Source: Candidatus Omnitrophota bacterium (GTDB lineage Bacteria > Omnitrophota > Gorgyraeia > JAHJTE01). Taken from it: a stretch of 64,000 nucleotides of DNA. Shown here in pieces: positions 30,091 to 39,839 of this stretch (the first letter of the stretch is position 1; each line of letters starts with the position of its first letter). The DNA is taken from NCBI GenBank assembly GCA_018830005.1, contig JAHJTE010000001.1:642287-706286 (forward strand), written 5' to 3'. The notes under the pieces are model-generated. The model saw nothing but the letters and a program-made list of their open reading frames with translations. It was not told where the DNA came from and searched no databases. A program made the translations under genes and the position numbers.

Positions 30091-32326
30091 GGACCGCCTA
30101 AATGAAATAAAAGCGCTTCTCTTACTTAGCGCGAGCCTTCTAATTTTTATTTCTTTGGTTTCTTTTACGCCTGAGGATTTAGCCTTTTACACCTCCACTC
30201 CTAATGTACCCGCCCATAATCTTGCCCGGATTTTTGGTGCCAGGATTGCTGGAACCTTAATGTTTTTCTCTGGTTGGGGCTCGTATCTATTTGTGCTTTT
30301 CTTTCTTCTCTGGGCAAAGGAGTTATTCCAGAAGAAAAGCGCAAGCGCACTAAGATTTATTAATATCCTGAGTTTTTTTGTTTTTCTCTTTTCTGTCTCC
30401 AGCTTTCTTTGCATTTTTGGTCCTGAATTGGCAAGTAGTCGATTCTTGCGCGGCGGGCTTATCGGCCTGGTTTTTTCCGATTTCCTGTTAAGATATTTTG
30501 GTAGGTCAGGAGCAACTATAATACTTTTAACCTTAATTAGCATCTCTTTTATTGTGGCTGAAGAGATGGTAATCTTGCCGTTTTTACTAAAACTAGGCCA
30601 GAGGCTGAAAACATTCTTTTCAAATTTTGATCTTAGATTATTTATTCGAAGATTGATCAATGCATTAAAGGTTTCCCCTTCAAAAAGAATAGTTTCAGTT
30701 GCTAAATTAAGGAAAACCACCCTCAGTCCAGACGAAGTCCTCACTTCCCAAAAAATCTCTAAATTAGAAAAAATCCAAACAAAGATTAATATTAAACAAA
30801 AGCCAAGACCTACAGTCGTAGCCTCTTTACGCTCTAAGGTCTCTAAAGATGAAATAAATAAAGTATTTGCTCCTGCAGAGGTTGAGGGTTTTGCAGCGGG
30901 TGAATATAAATTACCAACCCTTGATCTTTTGGATGATCCACCCGCCCTTAGCGAGCGGACGCTAAAAGATGATTTAGCTGCCAATGCACGTATTTTAGAA
31001 GATACATTATCAGATTTTGGCATTAGTGCACGTGTTACAGATATTGAACGCGGCCCTGTTATTACTAGATATGAATTAGAGCCTGCCCCTGGTATAAAAT
31101 TGCAAAAGATAGTCAATCTCAATGATGATATTGCCTTGACAATGAAGGCTCAAAGCGTAAGAATAGTTGCACCAATTCCTGGTAAGGCAAGGGTGGGAAT
31201 AGAGGTGCCTAATTCGTCTACTAATTTAGTTTATTTCAAGGATGTTGTTTCAGATAAGGATTTTCATACTGCTGATAAAAGATTAACTATGGCGATTGGC
31301 AAGGACATTGCGGGTAGCCCAGTTATTGCTGATTTAGGTGAGATGCCGCATCTTTTAATTGCCGGAACCACAGGTAGTGGTAAGACCGTATGTGTAAACT
31401 CGTTGATTATGTCTTTTCTTTATCGGCTCAGCCCAGATGAAGTTAAATTTATTTTAGTAGATCCAAAGATGGTAGAATTAGCCCATTTTAATAACATACC
31501 TCATCTGCTTTGTCCTGTTGTTACTGCTGCTAATAAGGTTTCTGGTGCGCTTAACTGGTTGGTAGGAGAAATGGAGAGGCGCTATAAGCTTCTGGCAGAG
31601 GTAGGGGTGAGAAATATTGAATATTTTAATAAGCGTGAAGACTCTGAAAAGCTGCCATTTATTATAGTAATTATTGATGAACTTGCTGATCTTATGTCTG
31701 TTGCTGCAAACCATATTGAAAATGCAATAACCCGTCTAGCGCAGCTCTCACGCGCTGTTGGAATACACTTGATTTTAGCTACTCAAAGACCATCAGTGGA
31801 TGTTGTTACTGGGGTTATCAAGGCTAATTTTCCTGCCCGCATTTCTTTTAAAGTAGCTTCGAAGGTTGATTCCAGGACAGTGCTTGACAGAAACGGTGCG
31901 GATAAACTTTTAGGTAGAGGCGATTTGCTTTTTCTTCAACCTGGCGATTCAAAATTGATTCGGGCTCAAGGCTGTCTCATAAAAGATAGTGAGATTGAGC
32001 GCGTCACAGAGTTTATAAGGAGACAAGGAGAGCCGCGTTATGATAGTGAGGTTCTAAAAGGAACAGATAAGTCAAGGGCTCGCTTTGCCCAGAAAGATGA
32101 ACTGTTTGATGAGGCTGTAAGGATGGTTATAGAAAGCAACCAGGCCTCTGTCTCAATACTTCAGAGACGAATGCGTTTAGGTTATACGCGGGCAGCACGT
32201 TTAATTGATTCTATGGAAGAAGAGGGCATTATAGGGTCTTTCCAAGGCAGCAAACCCAGAGAGATACTTGTGGATAGAGAATCCTGGTTAGAAAAATCTG
32301 ATACAAAAGAGGAAAAGTATGATTGA
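30080..32326 (+). CDS. ftsK: DNA translocase FtsK/SpoIIIE
   Basis: N-terminal membrane segments, motor domain with Walker A GTTGSGKT, C-terminal winged-helix gamma-like region. Confidence 0.93.
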   Translation: MINRDRLNEIKALLLLSASLLIFISLVSFTPEDLAFYTSTPNVPAHNLARIFGARIAGTLMFFSGWGSYLFVLFFLLWAKELFQKKSASALRFINILSFFVFLFSVSSFLCIFGPELASSRFLRGGLIGLVFSDFLLRYFGRSGATIILLTLISISFIVAEEMVILPFLLKLGQRLKTFFSNFDLRLFIRRLINALKVSPSKRIVSVAKLRKTTLSPDEVLTSQKISKLEKIQTKINIKQKPRPTVVASLRSKVSKDEINKVFAPAEVEGFAAGEYKLPTLDLLDDPPALSERTLKDDLAANARILEDTLSDFGISARVTDIERGPVITRYELEPAPGIKLQKIVNLNDDIALTMKAQSVRIVAPIPGKARVGIEVPNSSTNLVYFKDVVSDKDFHTADKRLTMAIGKDIAGSPVIADLGEMPHLLIAGTTGSGKTVCVNSLIMSFLYRLSPDEVKFILVDPKMVELAHFNNIPHLLCPVVTAANKVSGALNWLVGEMERRYKLLAEVGVRNIEYFNKREDSEKLPFIIVIIDELADLMSVAANHIENAITRLAQLSRAVGIHLILATQRPSVDVVTGVIKANFPARISFKVASKVDSRTVLDRNGADKLLGRGDLLFLQPGDSKLIRAQGCLIKDSEIERVTEFIRRQGEPRYDSEVLKGTDKSRARFAQKDELFDEAVRMVIESNQASVSILQRRMRLGYTRAARLIDSMEEEGIIGSFQGSKPREILVDRESWLEKSDTKEEKYD

Positions 32327-33110
32327 TGCTCTAGGCAAGATATTTAAGGATGCCCGTAGGGGGAAAGGCCTCTCTATTGGTCAGGTTTGCAAAAAGACCA
32401 AGGTCAATCACAATATTATTTCAGCGATTGAAGAAGATAATTTCGAGGCCTTAAATCCTGTTTACATGAAAAGCTTCATAAAGATTTATGCTAGATTTTT
32501 AGGCTTGGATGCTGAAGAGGTCATCAGTAAATATTGTGAATATATGCAATTAGAGCCTGAGAAACACCTCTTGCGAGAAAAACTTAAAAAGGACGAGAGC
32601 AAGCTTGAACCTTTAGAGAGTAAATCTTTAAGGACGCTCATTGATGAAGGGATTTTAAGGGACATTTCAAAACTGTTTAGAGGAAAGAAAAAATTTTTTA
32701 TTACTATTTTATTTATTTTAATTAGCGTAGTTTTATTAAATTATTTATTTTTTGCAAGAATTAAAAAAGCTCCGATTAAGTCTGTAGGGCTAAAGGAGAA
32801 AATAGTTAAAGATAGCAAGCTTACTAAGCAGAGCATAGTTAAGTTTAAAGATTCTTTAAGGCTATCTGTGCGTGCTAAAAAAGATTGCTGGATGCGAGTT
32901 AGGGTTGATGGTAAGTTAATCTTCCAGACTACTCTTAAGAAAGGCGAAGTTGAGAGCTGGCAGGCAAAAGAGAAGATTGAGCTAAAGCTGGGTAATCCGG
33001 CTGGCGTAGACCTGGAGTTGAATGGAGAGCTCTTAGAGCAATTTGGCAGGCGTAGCTCCAAATCGCGTTATGCAACAATAACAAAGGAAGGCATAAAAAT
33101 TGCTAGATGA
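32319..33110 (+). CDS. RodZ-like HTH (XRE-type) membrane protein
   Basis: N-terminal HTH (LSIGQVCKKTKV), single hydrophobic segment, C-terminal DUF4115-like region. Confidence 0.6.
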   Translation: MIDALGKIFKDARRGKGLSIGQVCKKTKVNHNIISAIEEDNFEALNPVYMKSFIKIYARFLGLDAEEVISKYCEYMQLEPEKHLLREKLKKDESKLEPLESKSLRTLIDEGILRDISKLFRGKKKFFITILFILISVVLLNYLFFARIKKAPIKSVGLKEKIVKDSKLTKQSIVKFKDSLRLSVRAKKDCWMRVRVDGKLIFQTTLKKGEVESWQAKEKIELKLGNPAGVDLELNGELLEQFGRRSSKSRYATITKEGIKIAR

Positions 33111-34366
33111 GTACAAAGACAAAGGTTGGAATCTTAAGTTTAGGTTGCCCGCGAAATATTGTAGATTCGGAAGGTATCACAAGCCGCCTTTATTTAAAAA
33201 ATTTTCAAATAGTTGATATAAATCAAGCTGAAATAGCAATTATTAATACTTGCGCATTTTTAAAAGAAGCAGTAGAAGAATCAATTGACAAGATCCTAGA
33301 TTTAGTCGAGCTTAAAAAACAAGGCAGATTACGTAAGATTATAGTTTCCGGTTGCCTTCCGAGTCGTTATAAATCTCAACTGATCCACTCCTTGCCAGAA
33401 ATAGATGCCTTCATCGGTCCCCAGAAGCTGTCAGAAAAAAATACACCAATCTTAAGACTTACACCCAAGCACTATAGTTATGTTAAGATTACCGAAGGCT
33501 GTTTAAATAAATGTAGTTTTTGTATTATCCCCAAGCTAAAGGGGAAATTTGCCAGCCGTTCTATAGAATCAATTCTAGAAGAAATCCAATCCATTGATAT
33601 AAATGGAAAAAAAGAGATAGATATCATAGGCCAAGATATAAGTCAATACGGACTTGATCTTTATAAAGAATATGCGCTTGATCGCTTATTAGCGAATATT
33701 TGCAAAAAACTAAAGTATATAAAATGGATTCGACTTCTCTATTTACATCCATCTCACATAACAGATGAACTTATTAGAGTTGTAGCGGGAGAGAAGGCTA
33801 TTTGTAAGTATATAGATTTGCCACTACAGCACATTAATGATGTTATCCTTAAAAGAATGAACAGGCAAATTTCCAAGCGCCAAATCATTAATTTGATTGA
33901 AAATATTAGAAAAGAGATTCCCGATGTCGCCATTAGGACATCTTTTATTATTGGTTTTCCGGGTGAGACTGATAAACAATTCAAGGAACTTCTGAAATTT
34001 ATAGAAGAGATGCGTTTTGAACGTTTGGGGGTGTTTCTTTATTCCCGAGAAGAAGACACGCCTGCCTATCATTTCAAAGAACAGATTCCTGAAAAGGTAA
34101 AACGCAGGCGTTTTGATGAACTTATGGGTTTACAGCAATCTGTTGCTAGTAGTTTATGTAGAGAATCTCTCAATACGACTTGCGATGTAATAATTGATGA
34201 AAAATGCAAGGATGACCCAGATACTTATTTAGGCAGAACCAGTCAGGACGCACCTGAAGTGGACGGTGTTGTTTATGTTAAGGCTAAGGATTTAAAAATC
34301 GGTGATATTGTGTCGGTCAGAATTACAGACAGTCTAGAGTATGATTTGATAGGAGAGGTAGTTTGA
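33107..34366 (+). CDS. rimO: Ribosomal protein S12 methylthiotransferase RimO
   Basis: N-terminal ILSLGCPRNIVDSE, radical-SAM CxxxCxxC (CLNKCSFC), C-terminal TRAM domain. Confidence 0.8.
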   Translation: MSTKTKVGILSLGCPRNIVDSEGITSRLYLKNFQIVDINQAEIAIINTCAFLKEAVEESIDKILDLVELKKQGRLRKIIVSGCLPSRYKSQLIHSLPEIDAFIGPQKLSEKNTPILRLTPKHYSYVKITEGCLNKCSFCIIPKLKGKFASRSIESILEEIQSIDINGKKEIDIIGQDISQYGLDLYKEYALDRLLANICKKLKYIKWIRLLYLHPSHITDELIRVVAGEKAICKYIDLPLQHINDVILKRMNRQISKRQIINLIENIRKEIPDVAIRTSFIIGFPGETDKQFKELLKFIEEMRFERLGVFLYSREEDTPAYHFKEQIPEKVKRRRFDELMGLQQSVASSLCRESLNTTCDVIIDEKCKDDPDTYLGRTSQDAPEVDGVVYVKAKDLKIGDIVSVRITDSLEYDLIGEVV

Positions 34367-34947
34367 ATATTGCCAATAAACTTACATTAACTCGTATAGG
34401 ACTTACGTTTGTATTTATGTTTTTTCTTTTTCTGCCGGGTTTAATCTTTAAGTCCTTGGCCTTATCGATTTTTTGCCTTGCATGTCTTTCAGATTATCTA
34501 GATGGATTTTTGGCCAGAAGACACAATGTGATTTCAAACTTCGGAATTATTATGGATCCGATTGCTGATAAGATTTTAGTTTTAGCATCATTTTTATCTT
34601 TTGTAGAGATGAAGTTGATTCCTGCCTGGATGGTGGTTATTGTGATCTTAAGAGAGTTTTTGATTACGGGCTTGAGAATATTTGCCTTAAGTAAAGGTAG
34701 GGCCTTGAAGGCAGAGCGGGCAGGAAAACATAAAACCATGTCTCAGATGTTCACGATATTTGTAATCTTATTGTTTTTAATTGTTAAGGAGATAGGTTTA
34801 AAGTACGCTCTCTGGAATGATTTGATTCAGTCTAGGGCAATAGCGTTTATTACATTACTTATGATGCTAACAGTAATTTTTACAGCAACTAGTGGCATAA
34901 GCTTTCTTTTGGGCAATAGGCATTTAATCCTAAGGGACAACACTTGA
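34363..34947 (+). CDS. pgsA: CDP-diacylglycerol--glycerol-3-phosphate 3-phosphatidyltransferase
   Basis: CDP-alcohol phosphatidyltransferase motif DYLDGFLAR...GIIMDPIADK. Confidence 0.85.
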   Translation: MNIANKLTLTRIGLTFVFMFFLFLPGLIFKSLALSIFCLACLSDYLDGFLARRHNVISNFGIIMDPIADKILVLASFLSFVEMKLIPAWMVVIVILREFLITGLRIFALSKGRALKAERAGKHKTMSQMFTIFVILLFLIVKEIGLKYALWNDLIQSRAIAFITLLMMLTVIFTATSGISFLLGNRHLILRDNT

Positions 34948-34966
34948 TTAGAGAGTATTTAAAAGA

Positions 34967-35437
34967 ATGAATGAAAAATTGATTAAGCTACTTGCAACTT
35001 TTTTCGGGGCAGGCCTTCTTCCTCTGATTGAGGGTACCTGGGGTTCATTGGCCGGGATTATAGTTTATTTCTTATTTTTAAAGGGAAATAGCATTATTCA
35101 TTTATGCTTTTTCTTGATAATCACTGTTGTTGGTTTTGCGGTATGTGCTCCGGCTGAAAGGATTTTTAAAAAAAAGGATGCCGGAGCTATTGTTATTGAT
35201 GAAGTAGCAGGTATTTCACTTTCACTTCTTTTTATCCCTCCTAAACCATTATATATATTAATAGGTTTTTTTCTCTTTCGCTTATATGATACGATTAAGC
35301 CTCCTCCCACGCATTCTATTGAAAAACTTTCCGGCTCATACGGGATAATGGGTGATGATTTAATTGCAGGCGTTTATACCAACATCTCTCTGCATATAAT
35401 AATCTTTGTTTTGAGTTTTTCAGGAGTGTTATCCTAG
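34967..35437 (+). CDS. pgpA: Phosphatidylglycerophosphatase A
   Basis: FGAGLLP...GTWGSLAG...IDEVAG pattern of PgpA; 156 aa. Confidence 0.8.
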   Translation: MNEKLIKLLATFFGAGLLPLIEGTWGSLAGIIVYFLFLKGNSIIHLCFFLIITVVGFAVCAPAERIFKKKDAGAIVIDEVAGISLSLLFIPPKPLYILIGFFLFRLYDTIKPPPTHSIEKLSGSYGIMGDDLIAGVYTNISLHIIIFVLSFSGVLS

Positions 35438-35992
35438 TTTGATAGTGGAGAGGACTTCATAATGCGGGCCAGCTGATGAAAGCGCACTTTTAAAAAGGCT
35501 CACCGCCTCAGTCATCATTTCTTTCTGGCAAATATCGGTTTTCTCAAACACACCAGATAATTTTTCCCGGTTGCGATTACTCCTTACCCTTCCTAATGTA
35601 ATGTGAGATTTAAACGTTCGTTTCTCTTTGGGAAATTTTAAACTCACCAAGGCTGCCTCAGTTGAGGCGGCTAGTTTTTCTAGGGCGTTATCGGCTGATA
35701 CTGCATTAATCCAGATTACTCGAGGATTAGCAATCTTAGGAAATATCCCTAGGCTATTGAGCTTAAGAGAAAATGGCTTAAAGTAAGACAGACAGCCGAT
35801 GAGTGCATCTTTAATTTTCTCTATTTTTTCCTGCTGGACGTTCCCTAGGAATTTTAAGGTTATATGCAGATTTTCAGGTTTCACCCATTTTACATCAGCC
35901 TCACTTGTCTTTAAAATATCCTGAATGCGCAAGATCTCATCCTTGATCTCCGCCTCTAATTCTACTGCAATAAAAGCCCTTATCGTATGCAT
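35429..35992 (-). CDS. thpR: RNA 2',3'-cyclic phosphodiesterase (2H family, ThpR/LigT)
   Basis: Two HxT/S motifs (HITLKFLG and HITLGRV); 187 aa. Confidence 0.85.
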   Translation of the reverse strand: MHTIRAFIAVELEAEIKDEILRIQDILKTSEADVKWVKPENLHITLKFLGNVQQEKIEKIKDALIGCLSYFKPFSLKLNSLGIFPKIANPRVIWINAVSADNALEKLAASTEAALVSLKFPKEKRTFKSHITLGRVRSNRNREKLSGVFEKTDICQKEMMTEAVSLFKSALSSAGPHYEVLSTIKLG

Positions 35993-36483
35993 TCTTTTAT
36001 CAGATTTAATGCGGCAGTCTTTGCCTCCCGTCGTATCTTTTGACGATTACCCTTGAAATTAAACTTACGACAAATTATTCCTTTCGGGGATGAAACCGCA
36101 ATATAAACCAAGCCTACAGGCTTATGGGTCTTTGCGCCTGTAGGGCCGGCAACACCGGTAATGCCTACGCCTAAGTTAGTTTTTGCCAGATTTCTGATGT
36201 TTTCAGCCATTGCCATAGCAACGTCTTTGCTTACTGCACCTTTAGAATTTATGAGAGAGCGTTTGATTTTCAATATCTCTATTTTGGCCTTATTGCTGTA
36301 GGCAACAATTCCCATTACAAAAAATTTAGAACTTCCTGAGATATCGGTTAGAAGGCTAGCGAGTAGCCCTCCCGTGCATGATTCGCAAGTTGCGATAGTG
36401 AGTTTTTTCTTGATAAGCAGATTATATAGCTGTAGCTGGGCTTTCATACAATCCATTATAGAGACTTTTAATACTATTGACAA
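35980..36483 (-). CDS. pncC: CinA C-terminal domain protein (nicotinamide-nucleotide amidohydrolase PncC-like)
   Basis: TIATCESCTGGLLA...GVGITGVAGP signature of the CinA C-terminal domain; 167 aa. Confidence 0.8.
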   Translation of the reverse strand: MSIVLKVSIMDCMKAQLQLYNLLIKKKLTIATCESCTGGLLASLLTDISGSSKFFVMGIVAYSNKAKIEILKIKRSLINSKGAVSKDVAMAMAENIRNLAKTNLGVGITGVAGPTGAKTHKPVGLVYIAVSSPKGIICRKFNFKGNRQKIRREAKTAALNLIKECIR

Positions 36484-36504
36484 TAGGATAAAATTTGCTA
36501 TAAT
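36477..36504 (+). promoter_or_regulatory. Consensus sigma70-type promoter of the rib leader (TTGACA-N16-TATAAT)
   Basis: Perfect hexamers counted from sequence; -35 overlaps the pncC start codon on the opposite strand. Confidence 0.55.
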
Positions 36505-36511
36505 AAGTTTC

Positions 36512-36655
36512 TAATCTTCGGGGAGAGGTGTGATTCCTTACCGGCGGTTAAGCCCGCGAATCTCCACCGTTTTGTTTCGATAAAACGAAACAGTGGGGAT
36601 GGATCTGGTAAGATTCCAGAGCCGATGGTAAAAGTCCAGATGAGAGAAGATTAAG
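36512..36655 (+). promoter_or_regulatory. FMN riboswitch (RFN element)
   Basis: CTTCGGGGAGAGGTG.GATTCC..ACCGGCGGT.AAGCCCGCGA ... GATTCCAGAGCCGATGGTAAAAGTCCAGATGAGAGAAGAT matches the conserved RFN cores; lies in the ribBA leader. Confidence 0.85.
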
Positions 36656-36661
36656 TGTATA

Positions 36662-36690
36662 CCCGAAGATTCCTCTTCGGGTTTTTTTAT
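36662..36690 (+). terminator. Intrinsic terminator / riboswitch expression platform (CCCGAAGA-TTCC-TCTTCGGG followed by a T-run)
   Basis: 8-bp GC-rich stem, 4-nt loop, 7 T's, immediately before the ribBA start. Confidence 0.75.
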
Positions 36691-36692
36691 TT

Positions 36693-37907
36693 ATGTTTAA
36701 TTCCATATCAGAGATAATCAGAGACCTTAAGGCCGGCAAGATGGCCATAGTAGTTGATGATGAAGGCCGCGAAAACGAAGGCGATCTGCTTATAGCTGCA
36801 CAGAAGGTTAAGTCAGCAGATATCAATTTTATGGCTAGATTTGGACGAGGTCTAATTTGTGTTCCAATGTCTAAGGAAAGATCGGATTATTTAGGTCTTC
36901 ATCCTATGCTGGATAAGGCATACGCTAGGCCTTTGTTCAGAGATAGATTTAATACGGCCTGGATGATCTCTGTGGATGCGCGCAGCGGTATTACTACAGG
37001 CATCTCTGCTTATGATCGTGCAAAGACAATCAAGATTTTGGCTGATAAGCAAACAGGACTTCAGGATTTAGTGCGGCCTGGTCATATCTTTCCCTTGGTA
37101 GCTCAGGAGGGAGGGGTATTAGTCAGGGCAGGTCATACTGAGGCCTGTATTGATTTATTGAAACTTGCTAAGATGCGGCCGACGGGAGTAATCTGTGAGA
37201 TAATGAATGCAGACGGTTCCATGGCCAGGACCAAAGATTTAATTAAATTTTCCAAGAAATTTAAATTAAAAATCTGTACGATCGCAAGTCTAATAGAATA
37301 CAGAAGAAAAAAAGAGTCGTTGATTAAGAGAATAACCAAGGTCAAGCTACCAACAGAATTCGGTAGATTTAAATTATGGATATACGAATCCAGTATTGAT
37401 AAATCGCATCATCTTGCTTTGATCAAAGGGCGTATTGATAGCAAAAAGACTATCCTAGTAAGAGTGCATTCTCAGTGTTTGACGGGAGATGTCTTTTCAT
37501 CTTTACGTTGCGATTGCGGGGCGCAACTTAGAAAGGCATTAGAAATGATTTCGCGCCATCGGGAAGGCATACTTTTATATATGCATCAGGAGGGTCGTGG
37601 TATAGGCCTGCTTAACAAATTGCACGCCTATGCACTTCAGGATAAGGGCATGGATACCGTAGAGGCTAATAAGGCCTTAGGATTCGCGCCTGACCTGCGT
37701 GATTACGGTATTGGTGCACAGATCCTTTTTGATTTGGGTGTAAGAAAAATAAGACTGCTTACTAATAATCCCAAAAAGATTATAGGCCTTGAGGGTTACG
37801 GGCTAGAAGTGAAAGAGAGAGTGTCAATTGAGATTCCAGCCTCAAAGCTAAATCTAGGATACCTGCGTACGAAGAAAAAGAAATTAGGTCATATGTTGAA
37901 CGTTTAA
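36693..37907 (+). CDS. ribBA: Bifunctional 3,4-dihydroxy-2-butanone-4-phosphate synthase / GTP cyclohydrolase II
   Basis: RibB N-terminal half ([11 protein letters not shown]) and RibA C-terminal half with zinc cysteines (SQCLTGD...CDCG). Confidence 0.95.
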   Translation: MFNSISEIIRDLKAGKMAIVVDDEGRENEGDLLIAAQKVKSADINFMARFGRGLICVPMSKERSDYLGLHPMLDKAYARPLFRDRFNTAWMISVDARSGITTGISAYDRAKTIKILADKQTGLQDLVRPGHIFPLVAQEGGVLVRAGHTEACIDLLKLAKMRPTGVICEIMNADGSMARTKDLIKFSKKFKLKICTIASLIEYRRKKESLIKRITKVKLPTEFGRFKLWIYESSIDKSHHLALIKGRIDSKKTILVRVHSQCLTGDVFSSLRCDCGAQLRKALEMISRHREGILLYMHQEGRGIGLLNKLHAYALQDKGMDTVEANKALGFAPDLRDYGIGAQILFDLGVRKIRLLTNNPKKIIGLEGYGLEVKERVSIEIPASKLNLGYLRTKKKKLGHMLNV

Positions 37908-37925
37908 AAAAAGGAGGGAAGAAGA

Positions 37926-38390
37926 ATGGTAAAAGTAATATCAGGATCATTGTTGGCAAAGGGTAAGAAGTTTGCTATTGTAGCTTCGCGCTTTAATGAG
38001 TTTATAACTGCAAAGTTAATAGAGGGAGCAATTGACACATTAACTCGTCATGAAGTCCTAGATAATGACATCTCTTTAGTTTGGGTACCGGGTTCGTTTG
38101 AGATACCTACTGTAGTTAGCAAGTTACTAAAGTCAAAAAAGTTTGATGCGGTTATCTGCTTAGGGACTTTAATACGCGGCTCAACTAGTCATTTTGAGTA
38201 TATTGCGAGTCAGCTTTCCCGCGGCATATCCCAGCTTTCAGTTGACTCTGGAATTCCAGTAATCTTTGGAGTTATTACTGCTGATACAATTGAGCAGTCG
38301 ATAGAGCGAGCTGGTACTAAAGAAGGCAACAGGGGCCGTGATGCTGCAGTTAGTGCAATAGAGATGGTAAACGTAACAGAGAAGATATAA
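37926..38390 (+). CDS. ribH: 6,7-dimethyl-8-ribityllumazine synthase
   Basis: 154 aa; [14 protein letters not shown] lumazine synthase signature. Confidence 0.93.
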   Translation: MVKVISGSLLAKGKKFAIVASRFNEFITAKLIEGAIDTLTRHEVLDNDISLVWVPGSFEIPTVVSKLLKSKKFDAVICLGTLIRGSTSHFEYIASQLSRGISQLSVDSGIPVIFGVITADTIEQSIERAGTKEGNRGRDAAVSAIEMVNVTEKI

Positions 38391-38461
38391 GGAAATCACA
38401 AAATAATCGCAAAGGTTCAAAAGATTTTTGTGTTTTTGCGGTTATAAATTATTTTTTAGCT

Positions 38462-38896
38462 ATGCGTAAACGTACAAAGGCAAGGGAATTAGCCCTGCAG
38501 GTTCTTTTCCAGATTGATATAACTGGTGAGGATCCTGATAGCGCCCTTAAGGTTTTCCTGCAAAATCAGATACGGCCTATAGAGGCAAGTGTAAGCGAAT
38601 TCTGCCAGTGTCTAATTCAAGGTACAACTTCTAATATGAAGAAAATTGATGAGGTTGTAAGTCGTTATGCAATGAATTGGCTCATCAAACGCATGGCTGT
38701 TATCGATCGCAATATCTTGCGAATGGCAACATACGAGATTATTTATTTATCTGATATACCGGTGAATGTGTCAATAAATGAGGCCGTTGATTTAGCTAAA
38801 AAATTCGGTGATATTGATTCAGGAAAATTTGTCAACGGCATATTAGATAAGATCTCTAAATCAGAAAAGGTTAATAAAAACTCCGCTAAAGATTAA
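38462..38896 (+). CDS. nusB: Transcription antitermination factor NusB
   Basis: RTKARELALQVLFQ N-terminus typical of NusB; 144 aa. Confidence 0.9.
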   Translation: MRKRTKARELALQVLFQIDITGEDPDSALKVFLQNQIRPIEASVSEFCQCLIQGTTSNMKKIDEVVSRYAMNWLIKRMAVIDRNILRMATYEIIYLSDIPVNVSINEAVDLAKKFGDIDSGKFVNGILDKISKSEKVNKNSAKD

Positions 38897-39007
38897 ATAG
38901 CAGGGCTTGTATTTTATTCTAAGAGTTTGAACACTGGATTCTGTTTATGTCCGTTAAGGAGTCAAGGAGCCAAAGATATGTGGCGGACTATTTCTAATGA
39001 GGTAATA

Positions 39008-39835
39008 ATGCCCGAAGCTAAGTTTGCAGATTTACACCTACATACCTATTATTCAGATGGCACATTCTCTCCCCAAGAGTTAATGCATAGAGCCTTAGAA
39101 TCCGGCATCAGCTGCATTTCAATTAATGATCATGATACAGTCAGTGCCTTAGTACCTGCCTTTTCCCAGAGGCCTGAGGATTTAGAATTAATACCAGGGA
39201 TTGAAGTATCCTGTGATTGGCAGGATAAAGAAGTCCACCTCTTGGGATATTACATTGATTATGAAAATAAAGAATTATTGTCTAAGCTAGAGGAAATTGG
39301 CAAACAACGCATTGAGAGGATTCGTATTATGGTAGATAGATTGAAGCAGATGAAGGTTGATATACCTGTCGAGGAAGTATTCGGCCTAGCTAAATATGGC
39401 ACAGTCGGAAGGCTGCATTTAGCCAGAGTCCTTTTAAAAAGAAATATAGTCTCAAACATCCGCGAGGCCTTTATAAGATTTATAGGCGAAGGTTGCCCTG
39501 CATATGTTTCAAGATTCAGGATGAGCGTGAAAGAAGCGATAGAGATGATTGCTAACTACGGTGGCATTCCAGTTCTGGCCCATCCTTTCACTGTTGGCGG
39601 CGATGATTTTATTGAAGGATTAGTACCCTTTGGCCTTAAAGGTATAGAGGTTTATTATCCTGAGCATTCTCGAGGCCAGGTTGAGCATTATAAGGCTCTT
39701 AGCGAACATCTTGGTCTTGTGACAACGGGTGGTTCTGACTGTCATGGTGAGGTTAAAAAGAATATTAAGGTAGGCTTAGTTCGCATTCCCTACGAGATAG
39801 TAAATAGACTAAAAAAAATAAAAGAAGCCCTCTAA
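39008..39835 (+). CDS. PHP-domain phosphoesterase (TrpH/YciV-like)
   Basis: DLHLHTYYSDG, INDHDT, VLAHP and GGSDCHG metal-binding motifs of the PHP family; start moved to ATG 39008 (GAGGT RBS). Confidence 0.8.
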   Translation: MPEAKFADLHLHTYYSDGTFSPQELMHRALESGISCISINDHDTVSALVPAFSQRPEDLELIPGIEVSCDWQDKEVHLLGYYIDYENKELLSKLEEIGKQRIERIRIMVDRLKQMKVDIPVEEVFGLAKYGTVGRLHLARVLLKRNIVSNIREAFIRFIGEGCPAYVSRFRMSVKEAIEMIANYGGIPVLAHPFTVGGDDFIEGLVPFGLKGIEVYYPEHSRGQVEHYKALSEHLGLVTTGGSDCHGEVKKNIKVGLVRIPYEIVNRLKKIKEAL

Positions 39836-39839
39836 AAGA

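Noticed and set aside
30187-31122. 311-aa ORF on the - strand inside ftsK
   Set aside because: Lies wholly antisense to a well-supported conserved gene; low-complexity translation with no recognisable domain. Typical shadow ORF.
36548-36826. 92-aa - strand ORF across the rib leader
   Set aside because: Overlaps the FMN riboswitch and the ribBA start; the region is better explained as structured RNA plus ribBA.
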